Assembly (NCBI RefSeq): GCF_032066555.1
Contig: NZ_DAMBKV010000003.1
Coordinates: 214,300-278,299, forward strand
Direction of reading: 5' to 3'
From: Stenotrophomonas sp.
GTDB taxonomy: Bacteria; Pseudomonadota; Gammaproteobacteria; Xanthomonadales; Xanthomonadaceae
DNA: 64,000 nucleotides
In this document: positions 44,859 to 53,515 of the stretch, piece after piece
How positions within the stretch are numbered: position 1 is the first letter of the stretch
How the letters are laid out: each line of letters begins with the position of its first letter
Made by a program: the position numbers and the translations under genes
Notes under the pieces: generated by a model
Databases searched by the model: none
What the model saw: only the letters and a program-made list of their open reading frames with translations
What the model was told of the DNA's origin: nothing

Positions 44859-46136
44859 ATGCGTATCGCCGTCATTGGTTCGGGAATTGCCGGGCTGGCC
44901 AGCGCCTGGTGGCTGGATGGCGCGCATGAAGTCACCTTGTTCGAGGCCAATGACTACCTCGGCGGCCACACCCATACCCATGCACTGCAGGTGGACGGGA
45001 TACCGATGGCCGTGGATACCGGCTTCATCGTCTTCAACCCGCAGCACTACCCGCTGCTGAGCGCGCTGTTCGATGAGCTTGGGGTGGAATCGCAGCCGAC
45101 CACGATGAGCTTTTCCATGCACAGCGAGCGCAGCGGCGTGGAGTACAACGCGACCTCGCTCGACGGCCTGTTCTGCCAGCGTCGCAACCTGCTGTCGCCA
45201 CGCTTCTGGGGCATGCTGCGCGACCTGCGCCGCTTCTACCGTGATGCGCCGGCGCTGCTGGATGGCGGCGCCGGCCCCACGCTGGGCGAGTACCTGCGCA
45301 GCCAGCGTTACGGCGAGGCCTTCGTCGAGGAACACCTGCTGCCGATGGCATCGGCGTTATGGTCCTCGCCGACCGCCACCGTGCGCGATTTCCCGGCACG
45401 CTACCTGGTCCAGTTCATGGCCAACCACCAGATGCTGCAGGTCAGCGGACGCCCGCAATGGCGCGTGGTGAATGGCGGCTCGGCACGCTACATCGACGCC
45501 CTGCGGGCACGCTGGCAGGTGCGCGAACGGCTTGAATGCGCGGTCTGGAAGGTTGAGCGCGAAGCGGACGGGGCGTGGGTCCACAGCGCCGCAGGCGTTG
45601 AAGGCTTCGATGAAGTGATCATGGCCTGCCATAGCGACCAGGCCCTGCGCCTGCTCGATGACGCGGACCCGCTTGAGCAGCAGATACTGGGCGCCATCAA
45701 CTACCAGCACAACGACGTGGTGTTGCATACCGATGCCTCCCTGCTGCCACGCAGGCGCAAGGCGTGGGCGGCCTGGAATGCGCACGTACCGGACGCAACC
45801 GACGCACCCTGCACGGTCAGCTACTGCATGAACCTGCTGCAGGGACTTCCAGGCGATACGCCGCTGGTGGTGACGCTCAACGACAGCGCACGGATCGATC
45901 CGGCCAAGGTGCTGCGCCGCATGCGCTACGCGCACCCGGTGCACGACCACGCCGCGGTGGCGGCACAACAGCGCTGGGCCGATATCCAGGGCCAACGCCA
46001 CACCTGGTTCGCCGGCGCGTACTGGGGCTGGGGCTTCCACGAAGATGGCATACGCAGTGCCCGCCGCGTGGTGGATGCATTGACCACGCGCAGGCCAAAC
46101 GCCTTCTGGCTGCCGCAGCCGGAGGCAGCCGCATGA
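44859..46136 (+). CDS. NAD(P)/FAD-dependent oxidoreductase (amine-oxidase/phytoene-desaturase fold; UfaD-like)
   Basis: MRIAVIGSGIAGLASAWWL...VTLFEANDYLGGHTHT shows a dinucleotide-binding GxGxxG motif. It starts 1 nt after the desaturase stop. Confidence 0.85.
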   Translation: MRIAVIGSGIAGLASAWWLDGAHEVTLFEANDYLGGHTHTHALQVDGIPMAVDTGFIVFNPQHYPLLSALFDELGVESQPTTMSFSMHSERSGVEYNATSLDGLFCQRRNLLSPRFWGMLRDLRRFYRDAPALLDGGAGPTLGEYLRSQRYGEAFVEEHLLPMASALWSSPTATVRDFPARYLVQFMANHQMLQVSGRPQWRVVNGGSARYIDALRARWQVRERLECAVWKVEREADGAWVHSAAGVEGFDEVIMACHSDQALRLLDDADPLEQQILGAINYQHNDVVLHTDASLLPRRRKAWAAWNAHVPDATDAPCTVSYCMNLLQGLPGDTPLVVTLNDSARIDPAKVLRRMRYAHPVHDHAAVAAQQRWADIQGQRHTWFAGAYWGWGFHEDGIRSARRVVDALTTRRPNAFWLPQPEAAA

Positions 46137-46900
46137 CCAACAGTGCGATCTACCTCGGCCATGTGCTGCATCGCCGCCATCTGCCGCATCCACATGCGTT
46201 CCGCTATCCCATCGCCCAGCTGCTGCTGGACCTGGACGAACTGGAGCAGGTATTTGCCGGGCGCTGGCTGTGGTCAGTGAACCGTCGCAACCTGGCCGAA
46301 TTCCGCCGCAGCGACTATTTCGGCGATCCGGCGCGGCCGCTGGCAGATGCGGTGCGAGACCACGCTGCAACCGTGCTTGGCCATCGGCCGGCCGGACCGG
46401 TGCGCCTGCTTACCCATCTGCGCGTTGCCGGCCACGTGTTCAATCCGGTCAGCTTCTACTACTGCTACCGGGCCGATGGCGTCAGCCTGGACTGCATCGT
46501 GGCGGACATCACCAACACGCCATGGAAAGAACGCCACGCCTATGTACTGCCTGCGGCAACCGCGCTCAGCAACGGCCGGGCACTGCGCTGGCAGTTCGAC
46601 AAGTGCTTCCATGTTTCGCCGTTCATGGCGATGGATTGCCGCTACGACTGGCGCCTCACCGCGCCCGGCGACGACCTGCAGGTGCATATGCAGGTATGGC
46701 GCGAAGGCCTGCGCCAGTTCGACGCCACCCAGTCCATGCAGCGCCACCCGCTCAATGGCGCCGGTTTGGCGCGGGTGCTGGCCTGCTACCCGCTGATGAC
46801 GCTGCAGGTGGTCGCCGCCATCCACTGGCAGGCATTGCGGCTGTGGCTCAAGCGCAATCCGGTCCATGACCATCCTTCCCTCGCCGAGAAAACGCGATGA
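46133..46900 (+). CDS. DUF1365-family protein (UfaO-like)
   Basis: The start MTNSAIYLGHVLHRRHLPHPHAFRYPI...LLTHLRVAGHVFNPVSFYYCY is the typical DUF1365 N-terminus. ATGA overlap with the upstream gene. The ORF-track entry 45764..46900 is an artefactual 5' extension. Confidence 0.8.
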   Translation: MTNSAIYLGHVLHRRHLPHPHAFRYPIAQLLLDLDELEQVFAGRWLWSVNRRNLAEFRRSDYFGDPARPLADAVRDHAATVLGHRPAGPVRLLTHLRVAGHVFNPVSFYYCYRADGVSLDCIVADITNTPWKERHAYVLPAATALSNGRALRWQFDKCFHVSPFMAMDCRYDWRLTAPGDDLQVHMQVWREGLRQFDATQSMQRHPLNGAGLARVLACYPLMTLQVVAAIHWQALRLWLKRNPVHDHPSLAEKTR

Positions 46901-48156
46901 ACCAGATGACTTCCTCGGTGGCCCTGCCCCGGCCCGGTGCGCTGGATGCACTGCTGCGACGCCGGCTGCTGGCCGAGCTCGCACCACTGCGTGAGGGTTG
47001 CCTGCGTGTGCGCGACGTGCTCGGCGAGGTAGTGCTCGGCGATGCTTCCGCCCAGCTGCAGGCCACGGTGACCATTGATGATCCCGCGTTCTATCGCAAG
47101 GTTGCCGCACAAGGCAGCGTCGGCGCTGGCGAGAGCTATATCAACGGCGACTGGCGTTGCGATGACCTGGTCACGCTGGTGCGCATCCTGGTGCGCAACC
47201 GCGACCTGCTGGACGGCATGGAACGCGGCCCCGCGCGTATTGGTGGCTGGCTGCTGCGTGGCTGGAACCGGCTGCGGCGCAACAGCCGCGAAGGCAGCCG
47301 CCGCAACATCGCCGCGCACTATGACCTTGGCAACGATTTCTTCGCGTTGTTCCTGTCGCCAGACCTGATGTATTCGTCGGCATTGTTCGCCGACGAGAGC
47401 ACCTCGCTGGAGCAGGCCTCGCAGCGCAAGCTCGATCGCATCTGCCAGCAGTTGCAGTTGCAAGCCGGCGACCGCGTGATCGAAATCGGTACCGGCTGGG
47501 GTGGTTTCGCCCTGCACGCCGCACGGCACTACGGCTGCCATGTCACGACCACCACGATCTCGGCCGAACAGCACGCACTGGCCGTGCAACGCGTGCACGA
47601 GGCGGGGCTGCAGCACCGGGTCACCCTGCTGATGCAGGATTACCGTGATCTTGAGGGCCAGTTCGACAAGCTGGTCTCGATCGAGATGATCGAGGCCATT
47701 GGCGCCGAGTACCTGGACACCTACATGGCCACGCTGCAGCGCTTGCTCAGGCCCGATGGCGTCGCGCTGCTGCAGGCGATCACCATCGAAGACCATCGCT
47801 ACGAACAGGCCCGGCGTAGCGTGGACTACATCAAGCGCTTCGTGTTCCCCGGCAGTTTCATCCCCTCGATTGCGGCGATCCTGGCGGCGAAGACCCGCGC
47901 CAGCGACCTGCAGCTGGTGGCCCAGCACGACTTCGGCTACTCCTATGCTTTGACCCTGCGCGCCTGGCGCCAGCGCTTCATGGCGCAGCTGCCTGCGGTG
48001 CACGCACAAGGCTTCGACGCGCGCTTCTGCCGGCTGTGGGAGTTCTATCTCGCCTACTGCGAGGGCGGCTTTCTGGAACGTTCGATCGGCGTCTCCCACC
48101 TGTTGCTGGCGCGGCCCGGCCATCAACCCGCCGCCAACGCCGGGCTGATCAGCTGA
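46897..48156 (+). CDS. cyclopropane-fatty-acyl-phospholipid synthase family SAM-dependent methyltransferase
   Basis: HYDLGNDFFALFLSPDLMYSSALF...VIEIGTGWGGFALHAA...YCEGGF are CFA-synthase family motifs. 4-nt overlap with DUF1365. Confidence 0.9.
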   Translation: MNQMTSSVALPRPGALDALLRRRLLAELAPLREGCLRVRDVLGEVVLGDASAQLQATVTIDDPAFYRKVAAQGSVGAGESYINGDWRCDDLVTLVRILVRNRDLLDGMERGPARIGGWLLRGWNRLRRNSREGSRRNIAAHYDLGNDFFALFLSPDLMYSSALFADESTSLEQASQRKLDRICQQLQLQAGDRVIEIGTGWGGFALHAARHYGCHVTTTTISAEQHALAVQRVHEAGLQHRVTLLMQDYRDLEGQFDKLVSIEMIEAIGAEYLDTYMATLQRLLRPDGVALLQAITIEDHRYEQARRSVDYIKRFVFPGSFIPSIAAILAAKTRASDLQLVAQHDFGYSYALTLRAWRQRFMAQLPAVHAQGFDARFCRLWEFYLAYCEGGFLERSIGVSHLLLARPGHQPAANAGLIS

Positions 48157-48157
48157 C

Positions 48158-48706
48158 ATGCGTCGGACCCTGCTCAACCTGCTCGGCAACCAACTGGTCT
48201 GGCTGTGCGCCGTGGCCGGTGCCGGACGGGGTTGGCAATGGCCGGCGCTGCTGGCCTCCGCCCTCTACATCGTCAGCCAGCTTTACAACGCCGCGCAGCC
48301 GCGGACCGAATTTCGCCTGCTGCTGCTCGCACTGGTGTGCGCCTGGCTGGTCGATGGGCTTGCGGCAGCAAGCGGTCGTGTCGGCTACGCCGCTGCGCCG
48401 TTCGGCTGGGCACCACCGCCATGGATCATGGCGCTATGGGCCGCGTTCGCGATGACACTGACCTGCTCGATGGCCTTCCTGCAACGGCACTGGGCGCTGC
48501 CAGCAACGTTCGGCCTGCTGTTGGCGCCGCTGGCCTATCTATCCGCTGCACGCGGCTTTGACGCCGTGCATTTTGCCGCGCCCGCCTGGCATGGTTTGCT
48601 GCTGCTTGGCATCGGCTGGAGCGTGGCGCTGACGCTGCTGGTCACGAATGCGCGCAGGTGGAACCGCAGTTCAACACAAGGGCAACCAACAGGTGCTTGC
48701 ACATGA
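48158..48706 (+). CDS. DUF2878-like small membrane protein
   Basis: 182 aa, multi-TM: LLNLLGNQLVWLCAVAGAGRGWQWPALLAS... It starts 1 nt after the methyltransferase stop. Confidence 0.65.
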   Translation: MRRTLLNLLGNQLVWLCAVAGAGRGWQWPALLASALYIVSQLYNAAQPRTEFRLLLLALVCAWLVDGLAAASGRVGYAAAPFGWAPPPWIMALWAAFAMTLTCSMAFLQRHWALPATFGLLLAPLAYLSAARGFDAVHFAAPAWHGLLLLGIGWSVALTLLVTNARRWNRSSTQGQPTGACT

Positions 48707-49488
48707 ACAATCTGGGCTGGGTGCTGTTGTACGCCGTGGCGATCATGCTTTGGGGCTGGGCTTGGCAGCGCCGCCATCGCAATATCGGCATCGTCGATGT
48801 GCTCTGGGCCAAGGGCCTGGCTGCCGCTGCGCTGCTGCTCGCGTGGTTGGGCGACGGCGCAGCATTGCCGCGCATCAGCTTGGCCGTGCTCGGCGGATTG
48901 TGGGGAAGCCGGCTTGCCCTGCATCTATGGCAGCGCGTGCGACACGAGTCCGAAGATGGTCGCTACACGTATCTGCGCGAACATTGGCACAGCCATCAGG
49001 GCAAGATCTTCGGCTTCTTCATTGCCCAGGCATTGCTGATAGTTCTGTTCGCGCTGCCGTTCGTCGCGGTGGCCGGCAATCCGCACACCGATGGCTACAT
49101 CTGGGTGATAGCAGCAGGTTTGGTTTGGCTGCTGAGCGTGCTCGGCGAGTCTATTGCCGACCGCCAGCTTGCGCGCTTCCGTGCTGTGCCAGCCAACAAA
49201 GGCCGCACCTGTCGGCAGGGGCTTTGGCGCTACTCCCGGCATCCGAACTATTTCTTCGAATGGCTGCATTGGTTCACCTACGTGTTGCTGGCCGTTGGCT
49301 CACCACTGTGGTGGCTGGCATGGACCGGCCCGGTACTGATGTACCTGTTCCTGCGCTACCTGAGCGGCGTGCCCTTCACCGAGAAGCAGGCGCTACGCAG
49401 CCGCGGTGAAGACTACCGCGCTTACCAACGCAGTACCCCGATGTTCTTCCCCTGGTTTCCTCGCACCGCCAAGGAGCAATCGCCATGA
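48703..49488 (+). CDS. DUF1295-family membrane protein (steroid-5-alpha-reductase/ICMT-like fold)
   Basis: The start MNNLGWVLLYAV (ATGA overlap), together with GLWRYSRHPNYFFEWLHWFTY, is the typical DUF1295 C-terminal motif. Confidence 0.8.
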   Translation: MNNLGWVLLYAVAIMLWGWAWQRRHRNIGIVDVLWAKGLAAAALLLAWLGDGAALPRISLAVLGGLWGSRLALHLWQRVRHESEDGRYTYLREHWHSHQGKIFGFFIAQALLIVLFALPFVAVAGNPHTDGYIWVIAAGLVWLLSVLGESIADRQLARFRAVPANKGRTCRQGLWRYSRHPNYFFEWLHWFTYVLLAVGSPLWWLAWTGPVLMYLFLRYLSGVPFTEKQALRSRGEDYRAYQRSTPMFFPWFPRTAKEQSP

Positions 49489-50561
49489 ATGCAGCCACGC
49501 AACTGGATTCCGCCATCCATGCCGAGCCCGGCCTGACCGGCTGGGCCGAGCGCGGTTGGCTGCCGGATGCCGCACTGCGCTGGGGCATCCGCCGCCTGTG
49601 CGCACAGCGCCTGGAGGAGGAATCGGAGGAAGGCCTGCAAGCGCAATCGGAGCGGTTCAGCCGGCGCATCGCCGAGTTGTCCAGCAGTCCGCTCGCCCTG
49701 CATGTGGATGCTGCCAACCGCCAGCACTACGAAGTACCTGCGGCGTTCTTCCAGGCCTGCCTTGGCCACCGCTTGAAGTACAGCAGCTGCTACTACCACA
49801 CCGGCACCGAGACCCTGGATCAGGCCGAGGACGCCATGCTGGAGCTGTACGGGCAACGCGCCGGGCTCGCCAATGGCCAGCACATCCTTGAGCTGGGCTG
49901 CGGCTGGGGCTCACTGACCTTGTGGATGGCCGAGCGCTATCCTGGCGCGCGCATCACTGCAGTCTCCAACTCACACAGCCAGCGCAAGCACATCCTCGCC
50001 CAGTGCAAGGCACGCGGCCTGGACAACGTCGAGGTGCTGACCATCGACGTCAACCAACTGCAGCTGCCTGCCGCCACGTTCGACCGCTGTGTATCGGTGG
50101 AGATGTTCGAGCACATCCGCAACTACGAACGCCTGCTTGGCCGCATCTCGCGCTGGCTGAAGCCGGACGGCGCCTTGTTCGTGCATATCTTTGCCCATCG
50201 CACGCATATGTATCCGTTCGACACGATGGGCGAGGACAACTGGATGGGGCGTCATTTCTTCACCGGCGGGTTGATGCCGGCTGCCGATACCCTGCTGCAT
50301 TTCCAGGGTGACATGCAGCTGCTGCAGCGCTGGCTGCTGGATGGCCGCCACTATCAACGCACCGCCAACCATTGGCTGCAGCGCCAGGATGCCGCCCGCG
50401 AACAGCTCATGCCGCTGCTGGTGCAGACCTACGGCAGTGATGCCGCGGCACGTATCTGGTGGCAGCGCTGGCGCATGTTCTGGATGGCCTGCGCGGAGCT
50501 GTTCGGTTACGACGACGGCCAGCAATGGCTGGTGGCGCACTACCTGTTCCGTCCCCGCTGA
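49485..50561 (+). CDS. second CFA-synthase-family SAM-dependent methyltransferase
   Basis: HYEVPAAFFQACLGHRLKYSSCYY...ILELGCGWGSLTLWMAERYPGARITAVSNS...SVEMFEHI. ATGA overlap with DUF1295. Confidence 0.85.
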   Translation: MNAATQLDSAIHAEPGLTGWAERGWLPDAALRWGIRRLCAQRLEEESEEGLQAQSERFSRRIAELSSSPLALHVDAANRQHYEVPAAFFQACLGHRLKYSSCYYHTGTETLDQAEDAMLELYGQRAGLANGQHILELGCGWGSLTLWMAERYPGARITAVSNSHSQRKHILAQCKARGLDNVEVLTIDVNQLQLPAATFDRCVSVEMFEHIRNYERLLGRISRWLKPDGALFVHIFAHRTHMYPFDTMGEDNWMGRHFFTGGLMPAADTLLHFQGDMQLLQRWLLDGRHYQRTANHWLQRQDAAREQLMPLLVQTYGSDAAARIWWQRWRMFWMACAELFGYDDGQQWLVAHYLFRPR

Positions 50562-50575
50562 AAAAGGACGCGCGC

Positions 50576-51109
50576 ATGCGAACCTTGCCACTGCTGTCGA
50601 TGCTGTCCATCGCCTTGTTCGGCGCTGGCTGCAGCAATCTGGATACGCGCCCGATCCCGCGCCCGGCATCGGTGGATGTTCCGCGCTTCATGGGCGACTG
50701 GTATGTGATCGCGCATATTCCGTCGCGACCGGAACGCGAAGCCTTCGATGCGGTGGAAAGCTATGCACCGCGGCCCGACGGACGTATCCAGACCACCTTC
50801 ACCTACCGCAAGGGCAGCTTCCAGGCGCCGCTGAAATCAATGCACCCCATCGGCAAGGTCGAAGCCGAAGGCAATGGCGCAGTCTGGGGCATGCAGTTCA
50901 TCTGGCCGATCCAGGCCGAATACATCATCGCCTGGGTGGACGAAGGTTACAGCCAGACCATCGTCGCCCGCAGCAAGCGCGACTACGTCTGGTACATGGC
51001 GCGCACCCCGCAGGTTTCGGAAGCGGACTATCAGAACGCGGTGAAGCGCATCAAGGCCATGGGCTATGACGTCAGCAAACTGCGGCGGGTGCCGCAGTCG
51101 GCCCGGTGA
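50576..51109 (+). CDS. blc: outer-membrane lipocalin lipoprotein (Blc-like)
   Basis: MRTLPLLSMLSIALFGAGCS has a lipobox, and VDVPRFMGDWYVIAHIP is the lipocalin GxWY motif. Confidence 0.85.
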   Translation: MRTLPLLSMLSIALFGAGCSNLDTRPIPRPASVDVPRFMGDWYVIAHIPSRPEREAFDAVESYAPRPDGRIQTTFTYRKGSFQAPLKSMHPIGKVEAEGNGAVWGMQFIWPIQAEYIIAWVDEGYSQTIVARSKRDYVWYMARTPQVSEADYQNAVKRIKAMGYDVSKLRRVPQSAR

Positions 51110-51213
51110 GGCACAAGAGCTAGCATCGAAACAAGGATGTTGGTGACAGTGATCTACTGCTGACGAAGGATACGGTCCAATACGCAGCCGTCATCTCCTG
51201 ATTTGGATTGCAC

Positions 51214-51861
51214 TCATGGACGTGCCGGATCGCATCGCGGGATAAGAACCCCGCCGTCGACGGTCGCAATCAACGGCGCACCGCCCTTGGCCTTGCTCCA
51301 AACCTTGCCAGCATACCGGCCGGCAAGCGGACGCCAGCCCTGTGGGACGAACACGAAGGTCCAGGCACCCGCTTCGCCCTGCACGATCCTGGCGTGGCAG
51401 GTCACCACGTCGCTCCATTCCCGCAGCTCAATGACCACCTCGCAGGGCGTCGGCGTGCCCATATCGTAGGCAGTGACCGCGGCGGCAATGTTACGACCCG
51501 CGCCGCGATCAGACAGCGCGACGACGCAGAAGAAGACTGTGAACAGCAGTGGCAGTGGATGCCAGAGCAGCAGCGCGGCAATCGCACACAGCACGGCGAT
51601 GGCCAACAACCAATAGTGGAAACGAGCAATGATTCCATTCGCCAGTCCACGCCGAAACCTGGCTATCTGTTCCTCGACGGACAAGTCTCTCAACGCCACT
51701 CCTCCCGAGGCAGGCGCGCAACAAGTGCGCTCTTGACCACCAGTGCCAAGTTTGCCACGTGCCGCCCCAAGCCAGGCAAAGGTATGACGCGACCGCCTGC
51801 CGACCAGCCACAATTCGGCGTGCGCTGGATCGATCAGTTCCTGCGTTGGAGGTTGGGACAC
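51214..51861 (-). CDS. hypothetical membrane protein
   Basis: 215-aa ORF with two adjacent TM helices (FHYWLLAIAVLCAIAALLLWHPLPLLFTVFFCVVAL). There is no recognisable family and the start is uncertain. Confidence 0.4.
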   Translation of the reverse strand: MSQPPTQELIDPAHAELWLVGRRSRHTFAWLGAARGKLGTGGQERTCCAPASGGVALRDLSVEEQIARFRRGLANGIIARFHYWLLAIAVLCAIAALLLWHPLPLLFTVFFCVVALSDRGAGRNIAAAVTAYDMGTPTPCEVVIELREWSDVVTCHARIVQGEAGAWTFVFVPQGWRPLAGRYAGKVWSKAKGGAPLIATVDGGVLIPRCDPARP

Positions 51862-51924
51862 GGATCATTGGCCGGGCATGCAAGAAGCGTTGCATCATGT
51901 CCGCCGAAGTTGAAGGAGCAGTTC

Positions 51925-52365
51925 GTGAAGGGAAGAGCAATAAGGCTGGCCACCCCGGCCGACATCGACGCCATTTTCCACATCCGTACCAGCGTTCAAA
52001 AGAATCATCTGTCGCTTGACCAACTTGCCGAGGTGGGAATTACCCATCAGGCGATTCAACAGGCGATTCTGGAGGCTCCATGCGCCTGGGTCGCCGAGGT
52101 AGATGGCGTACCGGTTGGCTTCTCGATGGCGGATGTCGTAGACGCTTGCGTGTTTGCCGCCTTCGTCCTGCCGGAGTTCGAGGGGCTGGGCCTGGGCCGT
52201 AGCCTGATGAACAAGGCGGAGGAGTTCCTGTTCCAGCACCACCAGACGATCTGGCTGGAAACAGCTGAAGCCAGTCGCGCCAGCGGTTTCTATAGAGCCC
52301 TGGGCTGGCAGCACGTAGAGGACTTGCCGGAAGGTGATGTCCGGTTTGAAAAGCACAGGAGGTAG
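51925..52365 (+). CDS. GNAT-family N-acetyltransferase
   Basis: GTG 51925 is preceded by GAAGGAG. IRLATPADIDAIFHIR...FVLPEFEGLGLGRSLMNKAEEF...GFYRALGW shows the acetyl-CoA-binding R/QxxGxG/A-type motif. GC is visibly lower than in the flanks. The 5' part of ORF 51208..52365 is an artefact. Confidence 0.75.
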   Translation: MKGRAIRLATPADIDAIFHIRTSVQKNHLSLDQLAEVGITHQAIQQAILEAPCAWVAEVDGVPVGFSMADVVDACVFAAFVLPEFEGLGLGRSLMNKAEEFLFQHHQTIWLETAEASRASGFYRALGWQHVEDLPEGDVRFEKHRR

Positions 52366-52440
52366 TCAGGGACGCCTGCGCTGCAAATCCGCAGTTCGGC
52401 GCTGAACGGCGCTGACGAAATGCCTGGGCCCGTACGCACA

Positions 52441-52466
52441 AAAGCCCGCATCTCTGCGGGCTTTTT
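52441..52466. terminator. rho-independent terminator (serves GNAT on + and probably tRNA-Thr on -)
   Basis: AAAGCCCGCA-TCTC-TGCGGGCTTTTT is a stem-loop flanked by A-runs and T-runs on both sides. Confidence 0.7.
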
Positions 52467-52507
52467 CATGAATTCCGGACGTGCCTGGACGCCATGGGAT
52501 CAGGCGA

Positions 52508-52583
52508 TGGTGCCGCTTATCCGAATCGAACGGATGACCTACTGTTTACAAGACAGTTGCTCTACCAACTGAGCTAAAGCGGC
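52508..52583 (-). tRNA. tRNA-Thr (anticodon UGU)
   Basis: The reverse complement GCCGCTTTAGCTCAGTTGGTAGAGCAACTGTCTTGTAAACAGTAGGTCATCCGTTCGATTCGGATAAGCGGCACCA folds as a 76-nt cloverleaf. The anticodon loop is CTTGTAA, the T-loop is TTCGATT, and CCA is encoded. Confidence 0.95.
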
Positions 52584-52690
52584 AAGGCGTGTTACGTGCT
52601 GCGGTTGCGCGATGGTAGCGCTGCAACCCGAAGAAAGCGCAATCAGACAATGCGCGCTTCCTGACCCCCGCCGTGGCGGGGCGCGCCATT

Positions 52691-53506
52691 CTACCGCAGA
52701 CGCGCACAATCCAACGACTGTTGTTGGGCCGCAGCGGCACGCTGCTTCAGGCTGGCCGGGGTGGCGGCACCGGCGGTAGCGGTGTCCACCCACCAGCTGG
52801 GGGCGATTTCGGTGCCACTGGCGGCCAGTTTGGCCGGGAAGCCGGCAGCGGTCAGGCTGGCCAGGCGGCGTTCGGCGCCTTCGCGGTTGCGGTACTGCCC
52901 CAAGGCAACGGCATTGGCTTCCTCGCCCTGGGAGACGATGAAGTAATCGCTGAAACCGGCCTCGACGATGCGCTTGGCCGTGGCCTGGGCCTCCTCGCGC
53001 GAGGCGGCCGGGGCGATCAGCACCCGGTAGCTGCTAGCTGCCTTGCCGGGCACTTCGCGCAGGCGCGGGCGTGCGGCATCAGTGCCCAGCGCGCTCATCG
53101 CCGCCTGCGCCTGCGCCTGCGTGGCGTAAGGACCCAGGCTGGCGCATTGCACGACGGCTGGCGGCCTGATCTCGGCAGGCTTGTTCTCGGCGGGCTTGGC
53201 CGGCTCGGGCTTGGCTTCGACCGCTGCAGTGGCTGCTGGCGGCTGTGCGGCCGGCTTGGCTTCCGCAGCTGCAGCCGGCGCAGGCGTCGCGATCAGCGCT
53301 GCAGACGCGGAAACCTCGGTTCCAGCAACGACCGGGGCTGCTGGACCGACCTTGCCTGGCGCCGGCGAAGGAAGCACTTCCAGGCTGGCGACGCCGGGCT
53401 CGGCGGGCGGCACGACAGCGACGGGCTCAGCGCGCGGCGCCAGCCACCACAGCGCGACACCTACGTTGAGGATGGCCAGCAGGACGATAAGGAGACGGGT
53501 CAGCAT
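52691..53506 (-). CDS. SPOR-domain (peptidoglycan-binding) membrane-anchored protein
   Basis: It has an N-terminal TM (LLIVLLAILNVGVALWW), an Ala/Pro/Lys-rich linker, and C-terminal SPOR-like repeats (YRVLIAPAASREEAQATAKRIVEAGFSDYFIV...VALGQYRNREGAERRLASLTAAGF). Confidence 0.8.
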   Translation of the reverse strand: MLTRLLIVLLAILNVGVALWWLAPRAEPVAVVPPAEPGVASLEVLPSPAPGKVGPAAPVVAGTEVSASAALIATPAPAAAAEAKPAAQPPAATAAVEAKPEPAKPAENKPAEIRPPAVVQCASLGPYATQAQAQAAMSALGTDAARPRLREVPGKAASSYRVLIAPAASREEAQATAKRIVEAGFSDYFIVSQGEEANAVALGQYRNREGAERRLASLTAAGFPAKLAASGTEIAPSWWVDTATAGAATPASLKQRAAAAQQQSLDCARLR

Positions 53507-53515
53507 GCGGTGATC

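Noticed and set aside
45764-46132. 5' extension of the DUF1365 ORF (ORF track 45764..46900), and similarly 51208..51924 for the GNAT ORF and 50459..50575 for the lipocalin ORF
   Set aside because: The extensions overlap upstream genes out of frame and translate to Arg/Pro/Gly-rich sequence. Internal starts with an SD or ATGA coupling give products that begin where the families normally begin.
51121-51170. Possible degenerate direct repeat of the tRNA-Thr 3' half (ATCGAA..GGATG..CTACTG), which would mark the far end of an integrated islet
   Set aside because: The shared blocks are short (5-6 nt) and interrupted by a roughly 13-nt insertion, so they are indistinguishable from chance by eye. 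No integrase is present. A proper local alignment is needed.
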